DNA of 64,000 nucleotides from Myxococcota bacterium (GTDB lineage: Bacteria; Myxococcota_A; UBA796; SXON01): NCBI GenBank assembly GCA_040386535.1, contig JAZKFH010000030.1, forward strand, positions 34,816-98,815. Reading direction: 5' to 3'. How positions within the stretch are numbered: the first letter of the stretch is position 1; the number at the start of each line of letters is the position of its first letter. This document shows, one piece after another, positions 38,963-48,504 of the stretch. Position numbers and translations under genes: made by a program. The notes beneath the pieces are model-generated. The model made no database searches. It was not told the origin of the DNA and saw only the letters and a program-made list of their open reading frames with translations.

Positions 38963-40744
38963 TCACCTCGCCGCTACGATGGGTCCCGCGCTCACCACAG
39001 GAAGGGAGTTCACCAGGTCGAGCGTCAGCTGCCGCTCCATCTGGCTCGCCAGCTCCTCGTCCAGGCACACGAGCGCGGCCTCGTGGTTCTTGCTTCCCGA
39101 TTGGGAGTCGAGGTTGAAGCTGCCGACCACCACCGCGGTGCGGTCGAAGTACGCCTGCTTGGCGTGGAGGTAGTTGAAGTAGGTCCAGGCCCGGAGGTTG
39201 GTCGTCTGGATGTCCGTGAGGTAGGCGCGGTTGCCCTTGGCCCCCGCTCGCGCGCTCCGCTCCTTCAGCTCCTCGTAGATCTTGGCGTTGTTGACGTGGC
39301 CGGTCGAGCGCGCCGCCTCCATGCTCTCGTGGAGCCACCGGTCGCTCTCTCCCTTTCCGCCGGCGAGGCCGTTCGAGACCACCTCCACCTCGACACCCGC
39401 CGCCGCCCGGCTCCGAAGCGCCTCGACCAGGACGTCGAGCACCGCGGTGCCGTCGAGGTCGAAGCGGACCGTCGGCGAGGTCATGACGATCAGGTGGCGC
39501 GCGGCCTCGATGTAACGGGTGAGCATCGTCGCGATGCCGGTGTTGCCCGGAGTCTGGACCACCACGCGACACGCGCCGTCCATGCGGGTCTCGGCGTCCC
39601 CGAGGCGACGCGCGTAGGCCTGCGTTCCACGCAGCCCGGCGGCGGTCTCCTCCGCGAGTCGGGCGTCGATCCACGGCTGGTAGAGGGGGGCGATCTTCCG
39701 GTGGGTGAGGTGGGCGTGGGAGTCCCAGAGGGCCACGTACGCCCGCGTGAGCTCGGTGACGGTGGGGCCCGACCGCACCAGCACGTCGTTGTCGCGATTG
39801 TGCCCGCCGAAGCCCGTGGAGAGGTTCTGCACGTCCATCACGTTCTGCCCGCCGATGACCGCTTCCTCGCCGTCCCGGATCCAGAACTTGTTGTGCATGA
39901 AGCCGCCGAAGCCCTTCCCGGGGATCAGCTGGTCGGCCACCAGGAGCACGGGGATGCCCGCCCGGCGCAGGCGGCGGAGGCACCGGACGTTCAGGGTGTT
40001 CGCGTAGAGGCTCTCGAGGATCACCCGCACGTCCACGCCCTCGGCGTGGCGGGCAACCAGCTCGTCGACGATGGCGGAGCCGCTGTCGTCGCACGTCATC
40101 GCCATCACCGCGACGAACATGAACGTCTCGGCCTCTCGCGCCATCCGCACCTTCTCGACCCAGCCGTCGCCGTTCGAGAGCAGCGCGACGTCGTTGCCGA
40201 ACGTGAGCACGCTCTCGGTCTCCGCGTCGAGCGACTCCTGGAATTCCGGGGCGAACCAGGCGGCGTCGGGGCGCGGATCCGGCGCGAACGCGCGTACGTA
40301 CGTGTCGAGGGGGAGGTCGAGGCGCTTGATCGGCGGGTGGAACAGGGTGTTCCAAGCGCGCAGGTAGATGTACGGCCGCTCGCCCATCTGCGTGGACTCG
40401 TCGAAGCGGGTCCGAGCGTGGAAGTCCCACGTCGCCTGCAGCAGGTCGTCGCTCTCCCCGATCAGCGCGGGCACGTTCGTCGTGAACAGATCCTGTACGA
40501 CCTCGTCGGGGGACCTCCCAATCACGGTGAAGTCTTCCGTGAGGCTCCCGTCGTCCGTGGCGGTGCGACGGAAAATCAGGTTGTCGACGGGCGGGCGCGA
40601 CGGGGCGGGGCCAATCAGCCCCTTCGTCGCATCGGCATAGTACGAATCCACCTCTGCGAGCGTGTAGAGCCGCTGATCACCGAACGCGGGTTCTTCGTAG
40701 CGGTGAGGTCCGAAGCAACCGGCGAGCAGCAGAGGGAGGAGCAT
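38963..40744 (-). CDS. Phospholipase D-superfamily lipoprotein
   Basis: LAGC lipobox; HNKFWIRD..GGQN and HAKQAYFD..GSFN (two HKD motifs). Confidence 0.88.
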   Translation of the reverse strand: MLLPLLLAGCFGPHRYEEPAFGDQRLYTLAEVDSYYADATKGLIGPAPSRPPVDNLIFRRTATDDGSLTEDFTVIGRSPDEVVQDLFTTNVPALIGESDDLLQATWDFHARTRFDESTQMGERPYIYLRAWNTLFHPPIKRLDLPLDTYVRAFAPDPRPDAAWFAPEFQESLDAETESVLTFGNDVALLSNGDGWVEKVRMAREAETFMFVAVMAMTCDDSGSAIVDELVARHAEGVDVRVILESLYANTLNVRCLRRLRRAGIPVLLVADQLIPGKGFGGFMHNKFWIRDGEEAVIGGQNVMDVQNLSTGFGGHNRDNDVLVRSGPTVTELTRAYVALWDSHAHLTHRKIAPLYQPWIDARLAEETAAGLRGTQAYARRLGDAETRMDGACRVVVQTPGNTGIATMLTRYIEAARHLIVMTSPTVRFDLDGTAVLDVLVEALRSRAAAGVEVEVVSNGLAGGKGESDRWLHESMEAARSTGHVNNAKIYEELKERSARAGAKGNRAYLTDIQTTNLRAWTYFNYLHAKQAYFDRTAVVVGSFNLDSQSGSKNHEAALVCLDEELASQMERQLTLDLVNSLPVVSAGPIVAAR

Positions 40745-40889
40745 CGTTCCTGGGCTTGATGCCCTCCCGGTAACGCTGACAGCTGGCCCGGCCTCGTCCT
40801 TGGCCTACAGGCGTCCATTCGTAGCGGGTTGCCAAGCTTGGCGACGTTTCGGTACAAGCGTCCCCGTGCTCGACAGGGCCGTTGTTCCG

Positions 40890-41981
40890 CTACCGCCCCG
40901 CGACCATCGCCAGATCCCGCGCGTAGTCCGCCCACCACCCCCCCGCCGAGGGCCCGCCGTTGCACTCGCCGTCGGACTCGCCCGGGGGCTTGACCCACAG
41001 CAGGGCGTCGAGGCCGGGTTCGGTGGTCGCCACCGTCGGGTTCGAGCCGAGCGCGCGCCCGAGCGGATTGCACCACTCGTTGTCCTCGGAAGGGCCGAGG
41101 CCGTTGCGGCTCGTGTCGATGATGTAGTGCGCGTTGGTGCCGAGGATCGCGCGCAGCTCCCGGGCGTAGCCGATCTCGTTGTCCGTGAACTCGGTGTGCG
41201 AGACGTTCAGCGCGAAGCCCGCGGCGCCCGCCACGTTGGCGGCCCGAAGGCGGGACGCCATGTCGGCGGCGGGGATCCAATTGGAGTCGCCGGCGTCGAG
41301 GTACACCCGGCCCCCGCCCGCCGTGAGCGTGGTGACGGCGGCCGCCATCATCGCGAACCGCTCGGTCTCCTGGGCGGCCGACAAGCAGGTGGTGAACGCG
41401 AGGGCGTCGGGCTCGAGCACGATCACCGCCGTGCGACCGGCGAGACCGCGGCTCACGGCCGCCACGAACGCCGCGTATTCCGCCGCGTCGGCGACCCCGC
41501 CGGAGGACCACGCGTCGCAGTCGCGCTGGGGGATGTTGTACACCACGAAGGTGACCAGCTTGCCGCCGGCGGCGTTCAGCATGTTGTTCACGGTGCTCTC
41601 GACGTCCCACGTCCAGTCCCCGACCCACAGCGAGCTCGGCTGGCTCGCGATGCTGTTCATGAGCCGGACGCCCTCGGTGTAGCCGACGGAGTCCCACAAC
41701 GCGGCTTCCTCCGCCGCGTTGGTGTTCGGATCGACGTAGAGGATCGAGCTGGCGAGGGGGTTGCTGCTGCTGCTGGTGGTGGGGCGGGGCGCGCGGACGC
41801 GGCGATCCTCCGAAGCGTTCGACTCCCCGGAGTGCGAAGCGGGCGCCGGTCCGAACTCGGACGTGGGCTCGTCGTCCAGCGGGTCGTTCGCGCAGCCCTG
41901 GACCAGGAGCGAGGGCGCCAGGACCGAGGCACCGTAGGAGGCGGAGACGAGCAAGCGACGGCCAAACGGGCTGCGTGCCAT
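40890..41981 (-). CDS. Glycoside hydrolase family 6 endoglucanase, probable lipoprotein
   Basis: YNIPQRDC, VLEPDAL, YLDAG, IIDTSRNG, WCNP, LWVKPPGESDG. Confidence 0.93.
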   Translation of the reverse strand: MARSPFGRRLLVSASYGASVLAPSLLVQGCANDPLDDEPTSEFGPAPASHSGESNASEDRRVRAPRPTTSSSSNPLASSILYVDPNTNAAEEAALWDSVGYTEGVRLMNSIASQPSSLWVGDWTWDVESTVNNMLNAAGGKLVTFVVYNIPQRDCDAWSSGGVADAAEYAAFVAAVSRGLAGRTAVIVLEPDALAFTTCLSAAQETERFAMMAAAVTTLTAGGGRVYLDAGDSNWIPAADMASRLRAANVAGAAGFALNVSHTEFTDNEIGYARELRAILGTNAHYIIDTSRNGLGPSEDNEWCNPLGRALGSNPTVATTEPGLDALLWVKPPGESDGECNGGPSAGGWWADYARDLAMVAGR

Positions 41982-42181
41982 GGGACTCTCCAGCGAGGCC
42001 TCGGCCTCGGCGTGATGGGTGGGACGTGCCAGCCGGGCTGCGCGGGGGCCCGGGAAACAGTTCCTGAACGATGCGGGGAAAGTAGTAGTCGCCCGGGCTC
42101 GGCAGGTGCGCAATTACACCTGAGTGTCGTTTTTTGTGCACACGTGGTGCGAACCGTCGCGGCCGGGCGATCGGGCCGTCG

Positions 42182-43552
42182 TCACTCCGGAAGCCGCTGC
42201 AGAAACCCCGCCTCCACCAGCGGCTCCAGGAAGGCCTTCGTCGCGGGCCAGCCGCCGAGCAGGGCGGCGGGGTCGCCCGCACGGAAGCCCCCCGCGCGAC
42301 GCTCGATGTATTGGAGGAGCCGGATCTGCTCGCCGTCGTGCACGGGCACCTCGCGCAGGCCGCACACCAGCGCCCAGGTCAGCTCGCCTTCCTCGCTCAC
42401 GTGGAGGGTGCTGTCGATCGGGGAGCCGCGGAAGTTCCGGAACACGGCGAGCCGGTCGTCCGGCTGGAGCGCGCCGGTGGGGCGGTCGCGTGGCGCCACG
42501 TCGCCGCCACCGGGCTCGCCCAGCACCTCCTGGTCCACGAGCGCGCGCAGCCAAGGCCCCACCACGGGGGCGGCCGCGACCACCTCCACGAGGGGACGGC
42601 CGTCGAACAGGGCGAGCGAGTCGGCCACGGCGTGCGGCACCAGCAGCGGATCGTCGGGCACCCGCTCGGTGGTGAGCCCCGCCCTCGTCTGCGCCGGAGA
42701 GGCGCCGAGCGTGATCCGCTCCACGGTGCCAGCGCACAGCACCGCCGGGAGCGGCGCGGCGAGGCGCGCGTGGGCGGCCTGCACCTCCGCGATCCCGATG
42801 GACAGGGCGTCCCCGCCGATCGCGCGAACGTCTGCCCAGGTCAGCGGCGCCACGCGCGCCGCGCACGCCCGGTAGAATTCCTCTTCGCGGCCCACCCACG
42901 GCCCCCAGATGCGGCGGCGGGTGGGCAGGCCGAGCGAGTCGCCAGTGCGGGCGCCGGGGAGCTCGCCGAGCGCGTAGCGGCGCGGGCGCTCGTCGAGTTG
43001 GACGAGGGCGTCCACGCGCCCAGGGAGGAGGGCGCGCACGTTCCAGATCGCAAGGATCTCTTCGACACGCCCGAGCAGGTGCTTCGTCGCATCGTGAAAA
43101 CGCATCCCGACGGCGCGCCGGTCCGAGAGGCACCAGAAGGTGGAGCAGACCGCGTCGCGGTGGGCCCAGACGCCGCAGCGGCCGGCCTCGTAGTAGTCGC
43201 AGAGCATCGACGGGTCCTGGCCGTAGCCGTCCTTGCGGGTCTCCTGGGTGTGCTCCTCCGCCGGGGTCCGCTCGAGGTACAGCGGCGTCGCCCCGCGGCG
43301 CTCGGCGATGCGGCGTCGAAGCGCCGCGCGGGCATGGTCACTGGTGCGTTCGTCGGAGAGGGCGGCCCCGACGAGGAAGTTCGGCAGGCTCGGTTGGAAC
43401 GTGCAGCACTTGACGCTCGGCGAGAACGCGGGCGTGGCCGGGTTGACCGGGCGACACATGGCGCAGTCGGAGCAGGTGGAGCGCGGCTCGTCGGGCACGG
43501 GCGCGCCGAGCAGGGCCTCGATCCAGGCGCCGGCTTGGTGGGGGAGGGACAT
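42182..43552 (-). CDS. Hypothetical Cys-cluster protein (possible Fe-S/Zn binding)
   Basis: CSDCAMC..KCC..C..C..C..C in the N-terminal half. Confidence 0.6.
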   Translation of the reverse strand: MSLPHQAGAWIEALLGAPVPDEPRSTCSDCAMCRPVNPATPAFSPSVKCCTFQPSLPNFLVGAALSDERTSDHARAALRRRIAERRGATPLYLERTPAEEHTQETRKDGYGQDPSMLCDYYEAGRCGVWAHRDAVCSTFWCLSDRRAVGMRFHDATKHLLGRVEEILAIWNVRALLPGRVDALVQLDERPRRYALGELPGARTGDSLGLPTRRRIWGPWVGREEEFYRACAARVAPLTWADVRAIGGDALSIGIAEVQAAHARLAAPLPAVLCAGTVERITLGASPAQTRAGLTTERVPDDPLLVPHAVADSLALFDGRPLVEVVAAAPVVGPWLRALVDQEVLGEPGGGDVAPRDRPTGALQPDDRLAVFRNFRGSPIDSTLHVSEEGELTWALVCGLREVPVHDGEQIRLLQYIERRAGGFRAGDPAALLGGWPATKAFLEPLVEAGFLQRLPE

Positions 43553-43652
43553 GGGCGGGCATGTAGCCCCGCTTGACGTCGGCAGTCCACACCCGCAAGC
43601 TGCGCGCGTGAACGACCCCCTCGGCCGCCGGCCGCTCGATCGCGCCTCGTAG

Positions 43653-44753
43653 ATGTTGCTCCTCGTCCAATCCGCGCTGGCGGTGCCGTTCGCAGGTGTC
43701 ACGGTGCACGGCTCGGTGCCGCTGACGGAGGACTACGTCGTGCCCGGCGCGTCGGTGGGCGCGTACGCGGGCGCCACGTTCCCCCGGATGGGGTTCGAGC
43801 TGCGCTCGGTCTGGGGCACGGGGGAGGGCACCTTCTCGTACAACCTCCAGACCCTCCGCATCGACGGCCTCCACCTGTTCCGCCCGGACGACCGGATCGA
43901 TCCCTTCGTGCTCTACGGCGGCGGGTACCGGTCCACGCGTTTCCCGACCACCGAGGACCGGTCGCAGGCCCTCCGCCTCGGCATCCTCGACACGCCGGCG
44001 CTCGTCGTGTTCGGGGAGGTGGGCGGCGGCGTGATTTTTCAGGTGGTCGGCCCGCTGCACGCGCGGCTCGACACCCGGGCGTGGGTCGGCATCGGCATGT
44101 ACGGCTACCGGGATCGGGCCTTCGTGGGGCTCGACGCCTCGCTGGGCCTGGAGATCCGCCTCGGCAAGCGCGACCGTGATCGCGACGGCCTGATCGATCG
44201 CGACGACACCTGCCCCGACGACCCCGAGGACTACGACCGCCTCCTCGATCACGACGGTTGCCCCGACGACGACGTCGACAAGGACGGCATCGCGGACGTG
44301 AACGACGAGTGCCCGACGCGCCGCGAGAACGTGAACCAGTACCACGACGCCGACGGGTGCCCGGACATCTCCCCGGCGGCCGTCCAGGCCTTGCCCGCCC
44401 CCTTGCGCGCCTTCACGGGGACGATCGACGGGATCGTCTTCGCCCACGACTCGGCCGAGATCCTCCCGGAGTCCGAGCCCGTGCTCGCGGCCGCCGCCGC
44501 GGTGCTCCGCGAATACCCCGACGTGCGCATCCTCATCCTGGGACACACGGACGCGGTCGCGGACGACGCCTACAACCTCACGTTGTCACGGGCCCGCGCG
44601 GAGGCGGTGGCAACGTGGATCGGCGCCCACGGCGTCGACCCGGCGCGCCTCACGGCCGACGGCCTCGGCGAGACCCGGCCCGTCGACTCGAACGAGACCG
44701 ACGAGGGGCGCGCGCGCAACCGCCGCGTGGAGTTCGCGATCGTCTCGGAGTGA
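43653..44753 (+). CDS. OmpA-family protein with TSP3-like Ca-binding repeats
   Basis: DxDxDG..D.CP repeats; GHTD..YNLTLSRARA..RARNRRVEF. Confidence 0.93.
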   Translation: MLLLVQSALAVPFAGVTVHGSVPLTEDYVVPGASVGAYAGATFPRMGFELRSVWGTGEGTFSYNLQTLRIDGLHLFRPDDRIDPFVLYGGGYRSTRFPTTEDRSQALRLGILDTPALVVFGEVGGGVIFQVVGPLHARLDTRAWVGIGMYGYRDRAFVGLDASLGLEIRLGKRDRDRDGLIDRDDTCPDDPEDYDRLLDHDGCPDDDVDKDGIADVNDECPTRRENVNQYHDADGCPDISPAAVQALPAPLRAFTGTIDGIVFAHDSAEILPESEPVLAAAAAVLREYPDVRILILGHTDAVADDAYNLTLSRARAEAVATWIGAHGVDPARLTADGLGETRPVDSNETDEGRARNRRVEFAIVSE

Positions 44754-44775
44754 GCGGTGGTCGCGCCTCTCCCTG

Positions 44776-47139
44776 TCAGTGCGCGATCGTCACCTTTCCG
44801 AACACTGCCCGCCCGGGCCGCTGGATCCCGAAGACGTCGTACAGGCGCGCGTCCGTCAGGTTCTGCACCTCGAAGCTCGCGCTCAACCGCGTGTGCTTCA
44901 GTGGCACGACGTAGGTGAGCGCGGCCGTGTGCGAGAGTTGGTCGGGCACGGATTGTTTGTACGCGGCGAGGCCGACGCTCTCCCACCCACGGTAGAACGC
45001 GTGTACGTACCGGGTGTACCAATCCAGCGAGACCCGGTCCCCCTTCAGGAGCACGCGGGAGGCGCCCACCGAGGCGGCGGCGTTCCCGAGGAGCCACGGG
45101 CGGTTCGGGATCCGGTCGCCCGCGAAGTCGCCGAACGTCCCCTCCGCGGAGGTGTTGCGCAGGTCGATCCACGATCCGTTCACGTCGAGAGACACCCAGT
45201 CGCCCGGCGACGTCCAGCCGGCCGCCACGTCGGTGCCCACCGACCGCGCGCCGTACACGTTGAAATATGCGAAGGTTCGGTCGTTGCCGAGGAGCACGAT
45301 CAGATCGCTCGCCTCGCGCAGAAAACCGTTCGCGTCGAAGGCGAGCTCGCCGATCTTCGTGTCACCTTCCAACGTGACACCGACGTTGACGTTGTGACTC
45401 TCCTCGGGAACCAGCTCCAGGTTGTCGAGGGTGAGCACCGCGTCGCCGAAGATCTCCTCCGGCGTGGGCAGCCGGGTCGCATATTCGTAGCTGGCCTTGG
45501 CGTAGGCCCACGGGGCGAGATGGAGCCGGGTGCTCCCGCCGACCCCGAAGCGGATCGTGCTGCGGTCGACATCGCGGAAGTCGCCGCCCGGGAGGGGCTC
45601 CTCGCTCGCGACGAGCTGCGCGTAGCTCTTGCCGAACACGATCGCCTGAAGACGCTCGTCGAGCGCGTCGAGCTGGTACTCCACCCCGGACACCACCGCC
45701 GTCGTGTCGCGCTGGGAGGTGAGCGGATCGCGGCCGTCGCCGTCGTCGAGCAGATCCTCGCCAGTCCGCGTGAAGAGGGTGGGGGCCACGGACACCGTGA
45801 GGCCGTGATGCGCGCTCGGGCGCCACCCGGCGATGAGGCGGCCGACCACCGCCTGGTCCCACACGACCTGGTCCGTTCCCGGCGATCCGATCTCGCCGGG
45901 CTGCGTGCGGTCGCGAACACACTCGCCGTACCAGTCGTACACGCAGGTACCGAGGTCCTGGTAGGCGATCTCGGTCCGCGTGTATCCGCCGAGGACGCTC
46001 AGGCGGAAGGCGCCGAACGCCTGGGCCCAGCGCGCCGTTCCACCGCCGGTCTGGATCGTGTAGACCGGCTCTCCGTACGGTACCGTCATCACCACGTTGT
46101 GCTGGATCTCGCGCTCGAGCGAGCTCCCGAAGCCACGTAGCTCGAACGTCTCCGCCCAGGACCGCTCGCGCACTCCCAACGTGAGCGTCCCTCCGCCCGC
46201 GCGGTACCCGTCGTGGAACCGGGTGACGGTGGCGGCCGAGAGCCGGCCCACGTCATCGGGCACCTCGACCTCGATCGGGTAGTCGTTGAGCGTCGTGTCG
46301 AAATAGCCGGTGGCGCGAGCGTAGAGCCCCGTCCCGGCGTGGACGCCGTGGGCGGAGGCGGCGAGCCGGTGGGTGTGGAACGAGCCCGCCTCGTAGGCCA
46401 CGCTGCCTCCGATGGGCGTCGCCGGCGCTTCGCTGACGAGGTTCACCGCGCCGCCGAGGGCGTCCGCGCCGAACCGCACGGGGACGACGCCGCGGTACAC
46501 CTCCACCCGCTCCACCAGGTCGACCGGGACGTTGCTGATCCCGGACGTGAAGCCGGCGAGATCGAGCGGCACGTCATCGAGGAAGAACCGCACCTGGTCG
46601 TCGGTGAGCCCGTTGAGCGCGAACCGGGTGTCGGAGCCGAGCCCGCCCGAACGGCGGACGCTCACGCCCTGCGTGCGCGCGAGCACCTCGCCGAGGTCGG
46701 CCGACTGGCGCTGGGCGGCCTCCGTCTCCACGACCGTGACGGCCTGGGCGGAGCGCTCCATCCGCGCGGCTTCGTCGTAGCCGACAACCGCGAGGGTCTC
46801 CATCCCCTCCGGGTTGGCGACGAGCACGGGGCGGAGGCGCAGGATCCCGCCCGCAGGTACGTCCACCGCCTGGTCGATGGGGAGGTAGAGGCGCCCGTGG
46901 ACCATGAGCCGCCACGGACCGGCTGGCACGCCCTCGGCCGAGAAGGCGCCGCCCGCGAGCGAGAGGGGGTGTTCGTCGACGCCGTTGCGGAGGGTGACGG
47001 CGAGGCCGGCGAGGGACGACCATTCGGCGCCGGACTCGTCCACGAACACGACCACGACGGACGCGGCGGCGGGGGCCACCTCGGTGGGTTCGGCCGCGTG
47101 GCTTTCGGGGGCGCACAGCAGCAGGAGCAGGAAGGACAT
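44776..47139 (-). CDS. TonB-dependent siderophore receptor, MxcH-like
   Basis: LARTQGVSVRRSGGLGS..NGL..QVRFFLD, RVEVYRGVVP..GADALGGAVN, NLTD..QRPGR. Confidence 0.85.
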   Translation of the reverse strand: MSFLLLLLCAPESHAAEPTEVAPAAASVVVVFVDESGAEWSSLAGLAVTLRNGVDEHPLSLAGGAFSAEGVPAGPWRLMVHGRLYLPIDQAVDVPAGGILRLRPVLVANPEGMETLAVVGYDEAARMERSAQAVTVVETEAAQRQSADLGEVLARTQGVSVRRSGGLGSDTRFALNGLTDDQVRFFLDDVPLDLAGFTSGISNVPVDLVERVEVYRGVVPVRFGADALGGAVNLVSEAPATPIGGSVAYEAGSFHTHRLAASAHGVHAGTGLYARATGYFDTTLNDYPIEVEVPDDVGRLSAATVTRFHDGYRAGGGTLTLGVRERSWAETFELRGFGSSLEREIQHNVVMTVPYGEPVYTIQTGGGTARWAQAFGAFRLSVLGGYTRTEIAYQDLGTCVYDWYGECVRDRTQPGEIGSPGTDQVVWDQAVVGRLIAGWRPSAHHGLTVSVAPTLFTRTGEDLLDDGDGRDPLTSQRDTTAVVSGVEYQLDALDERLQAIVFGKSYAQLVASEEPLPGGDFRDVDRSTIRFGVGGSTRLHLAPWAYAKASYEYATRLPTPEEIFGDAVLTLDNLELVPEESHNVNVGVTLEGDTKIGELAFDANGFLREASDLIVLLGNDRTFAYFNVYGARSVGTDVAAGWTSPGDWVSLDVNGSWIDLRNTSAEGTFGDFAGDRIPNRPWLLGNAAASVGASRVLLKGDRVSLDWYTRYVHAFYRGWESVGLAAYKQSVPDQLSHTAALTYVVPLKHTRLSASFEVQNLTDARLYDVFGIQRPGRAVFGKVTIAH

Positions 47140-47184
47140 CGGGTTGACGGCTCTGGCTGCGCAGCATAACGCCGGCTCGGGATT

Positions 47185-47218
47185 TTGACTTTGAGTTTCA
47201 CTTTCAACTTCAACTTCA
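47185..47218. promoter_or_regulatory. Putative Fur box array between the divergent receptor and lipoprotein genes
   Basis: AT-rich hexamer array TTGACT TTGAGT TTCACT TTCAAC TTCAAC; core TTGAGTTTCACTTTCAA (47191-47207). Confidence 0.7.
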
Positions 47219-47274
47219 CGCGCGACTTCGACCTCCCTCGAGGCGGAGCGCCCCCTCCGCGAAGGACGACGACG

Positions 47275-48495
47275 ATGTTTTCCAGCTCACCCGCCATCAA
47301 GGCCCTCCCGTTCCTCGCTCTCGCGGTCGCCTCGGTCCTCGCGACCGGGTGTGTGTCGACGACGGACGAGGACACCGTTCCCGGCGCCTCGGACGGCACG
47401 CTCTACCTGGCATCCACCTGGGTCTCGGACGTCGACTCCACGAACACCTACGTCTCGGTCTTCGACTCTCTCGAGATGGAGGAGCTCGATCTGTCGACCG
47501 CCATCGAGGTGCCCGGCTGGGCCGACGCCTGGGTGTTCGAGCAGTGGGTGTTCATCTCGGACGGCGAGTCCCCCGCGGTGAGCCGGTACTCGCTGGACGA
47601 GGAGGGCGCGCTGGTCCTCGACGCGACCGTGAGCTTCGCGAACTACGGGGTGGCGAGCTCCGCGTTCTGGAACCAACAGATCCTGTCGCGCACCAAGGCG
47701 TTCCTCGCGAACGACGCGGCGCGCGAGTACGTCGTGTGGAACCCGGAGACGATGGAGATCACCGGCACCGTGCCCTGGCCCGCCGTGACGTTCGAGGAGG
47801 GCCTCCTTCCATACCACTCGTACACCGACCGCGGCGGCGTCGTGGCGGGTGGGTACTTCTTCCACGGGATCTACGGCCACAACGACTACTGGGACTACTT
47901 CGGCGACACCTCGTACGTGGCGGTGTACGACATCGTCACGGAGGAGCTGGTCACCACCATCGAGGTTCCCTGCCCGATGATGGACGTGGCGAGCCTCGGT
48001 GACGACGGCTTCCTCTACGTGAGCGGCTGGTCCTACATGCCGCTCAGCGTCGGGGCCGGCAACTCGGACACGAATTGTGCCGCGCGGATCGACACGACCA
48101 CCCGCACCCTCGACGCGTCGTGGACCCTGGACTACCCCGGGGTCACCGGCGGCGACGAGGGCTCGGCCCTGCGCGCGGTGTCGGGCGATGCCGGCATCCT
48201 GGCGGTGTTCCACGGCTCGGGCGTGGCGGTCACGGAAGAGATGGACATGTGGGCCCTGGACGCGGGGGCCGACGATTGGGAGCTGTACGGGATCGACCTC
48301 GCCACCCGCGAAGTGGCGCCGACGGGCATCAAGATGGGCGACGGCAGCTACTACGAGAGCCACGTCGACGACCGCTACTTCGTGTACCTCGGCAGCGGCA
48401 CCGACACCCAGGTCTACGAGCGCACCGAGGGCGGCAGCTACGAATCGCGGTTCGTGGCGCCGGGTTGGATGTCCCGGTTGTTCCGTTTGCGGTGA
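47275..48495 (+). CDS. MxcI-like lipoprotein (siderophore-uptake accessory)
   Basis: ATGC lipobox; SFANYG, SRTKAF, VVWNPETMEITG, PCP..DDG.LY.S; divergent from an MxcH-like receptor. Confidence 0.7.
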   Translation: MFSSSPAIKALPFLALAVASVLATGCVSTTDEDTVPGASDGTLYLASTWVSDVDSTNTYVSVFDSLEMEELDLSTAIEVPGWADAWVFEQWVFISDGESPAVSRYSLDEEGALVLDATVSFANYGVASSAFWNQQILSRTKAFLANDAAREYVVWNPETMEITGTVPWPAVTFEEGLLPYHSYTDRGGVVAGGYFFHGIYGHNDYWDYFGDTSYVAVYDIVTEELVTTIEVPCPMMDVASLGDDGFLYVSGWSYMPLSVGAGNSDTNCAARIDTTTRTLDASWTLDYPGVTGGDEGSALRAVSGDAGILAVFHGSGVAVTEEMDMWALDAGADDWELYGIDLATREVAPTGIKMGDGSYYESHVDDRYFVYLGSGTDTQVYERTEGGSYESRFVAPGWMSRLFRLR

Positions 48496-48504
48496 GCGGC
48501 GGCG

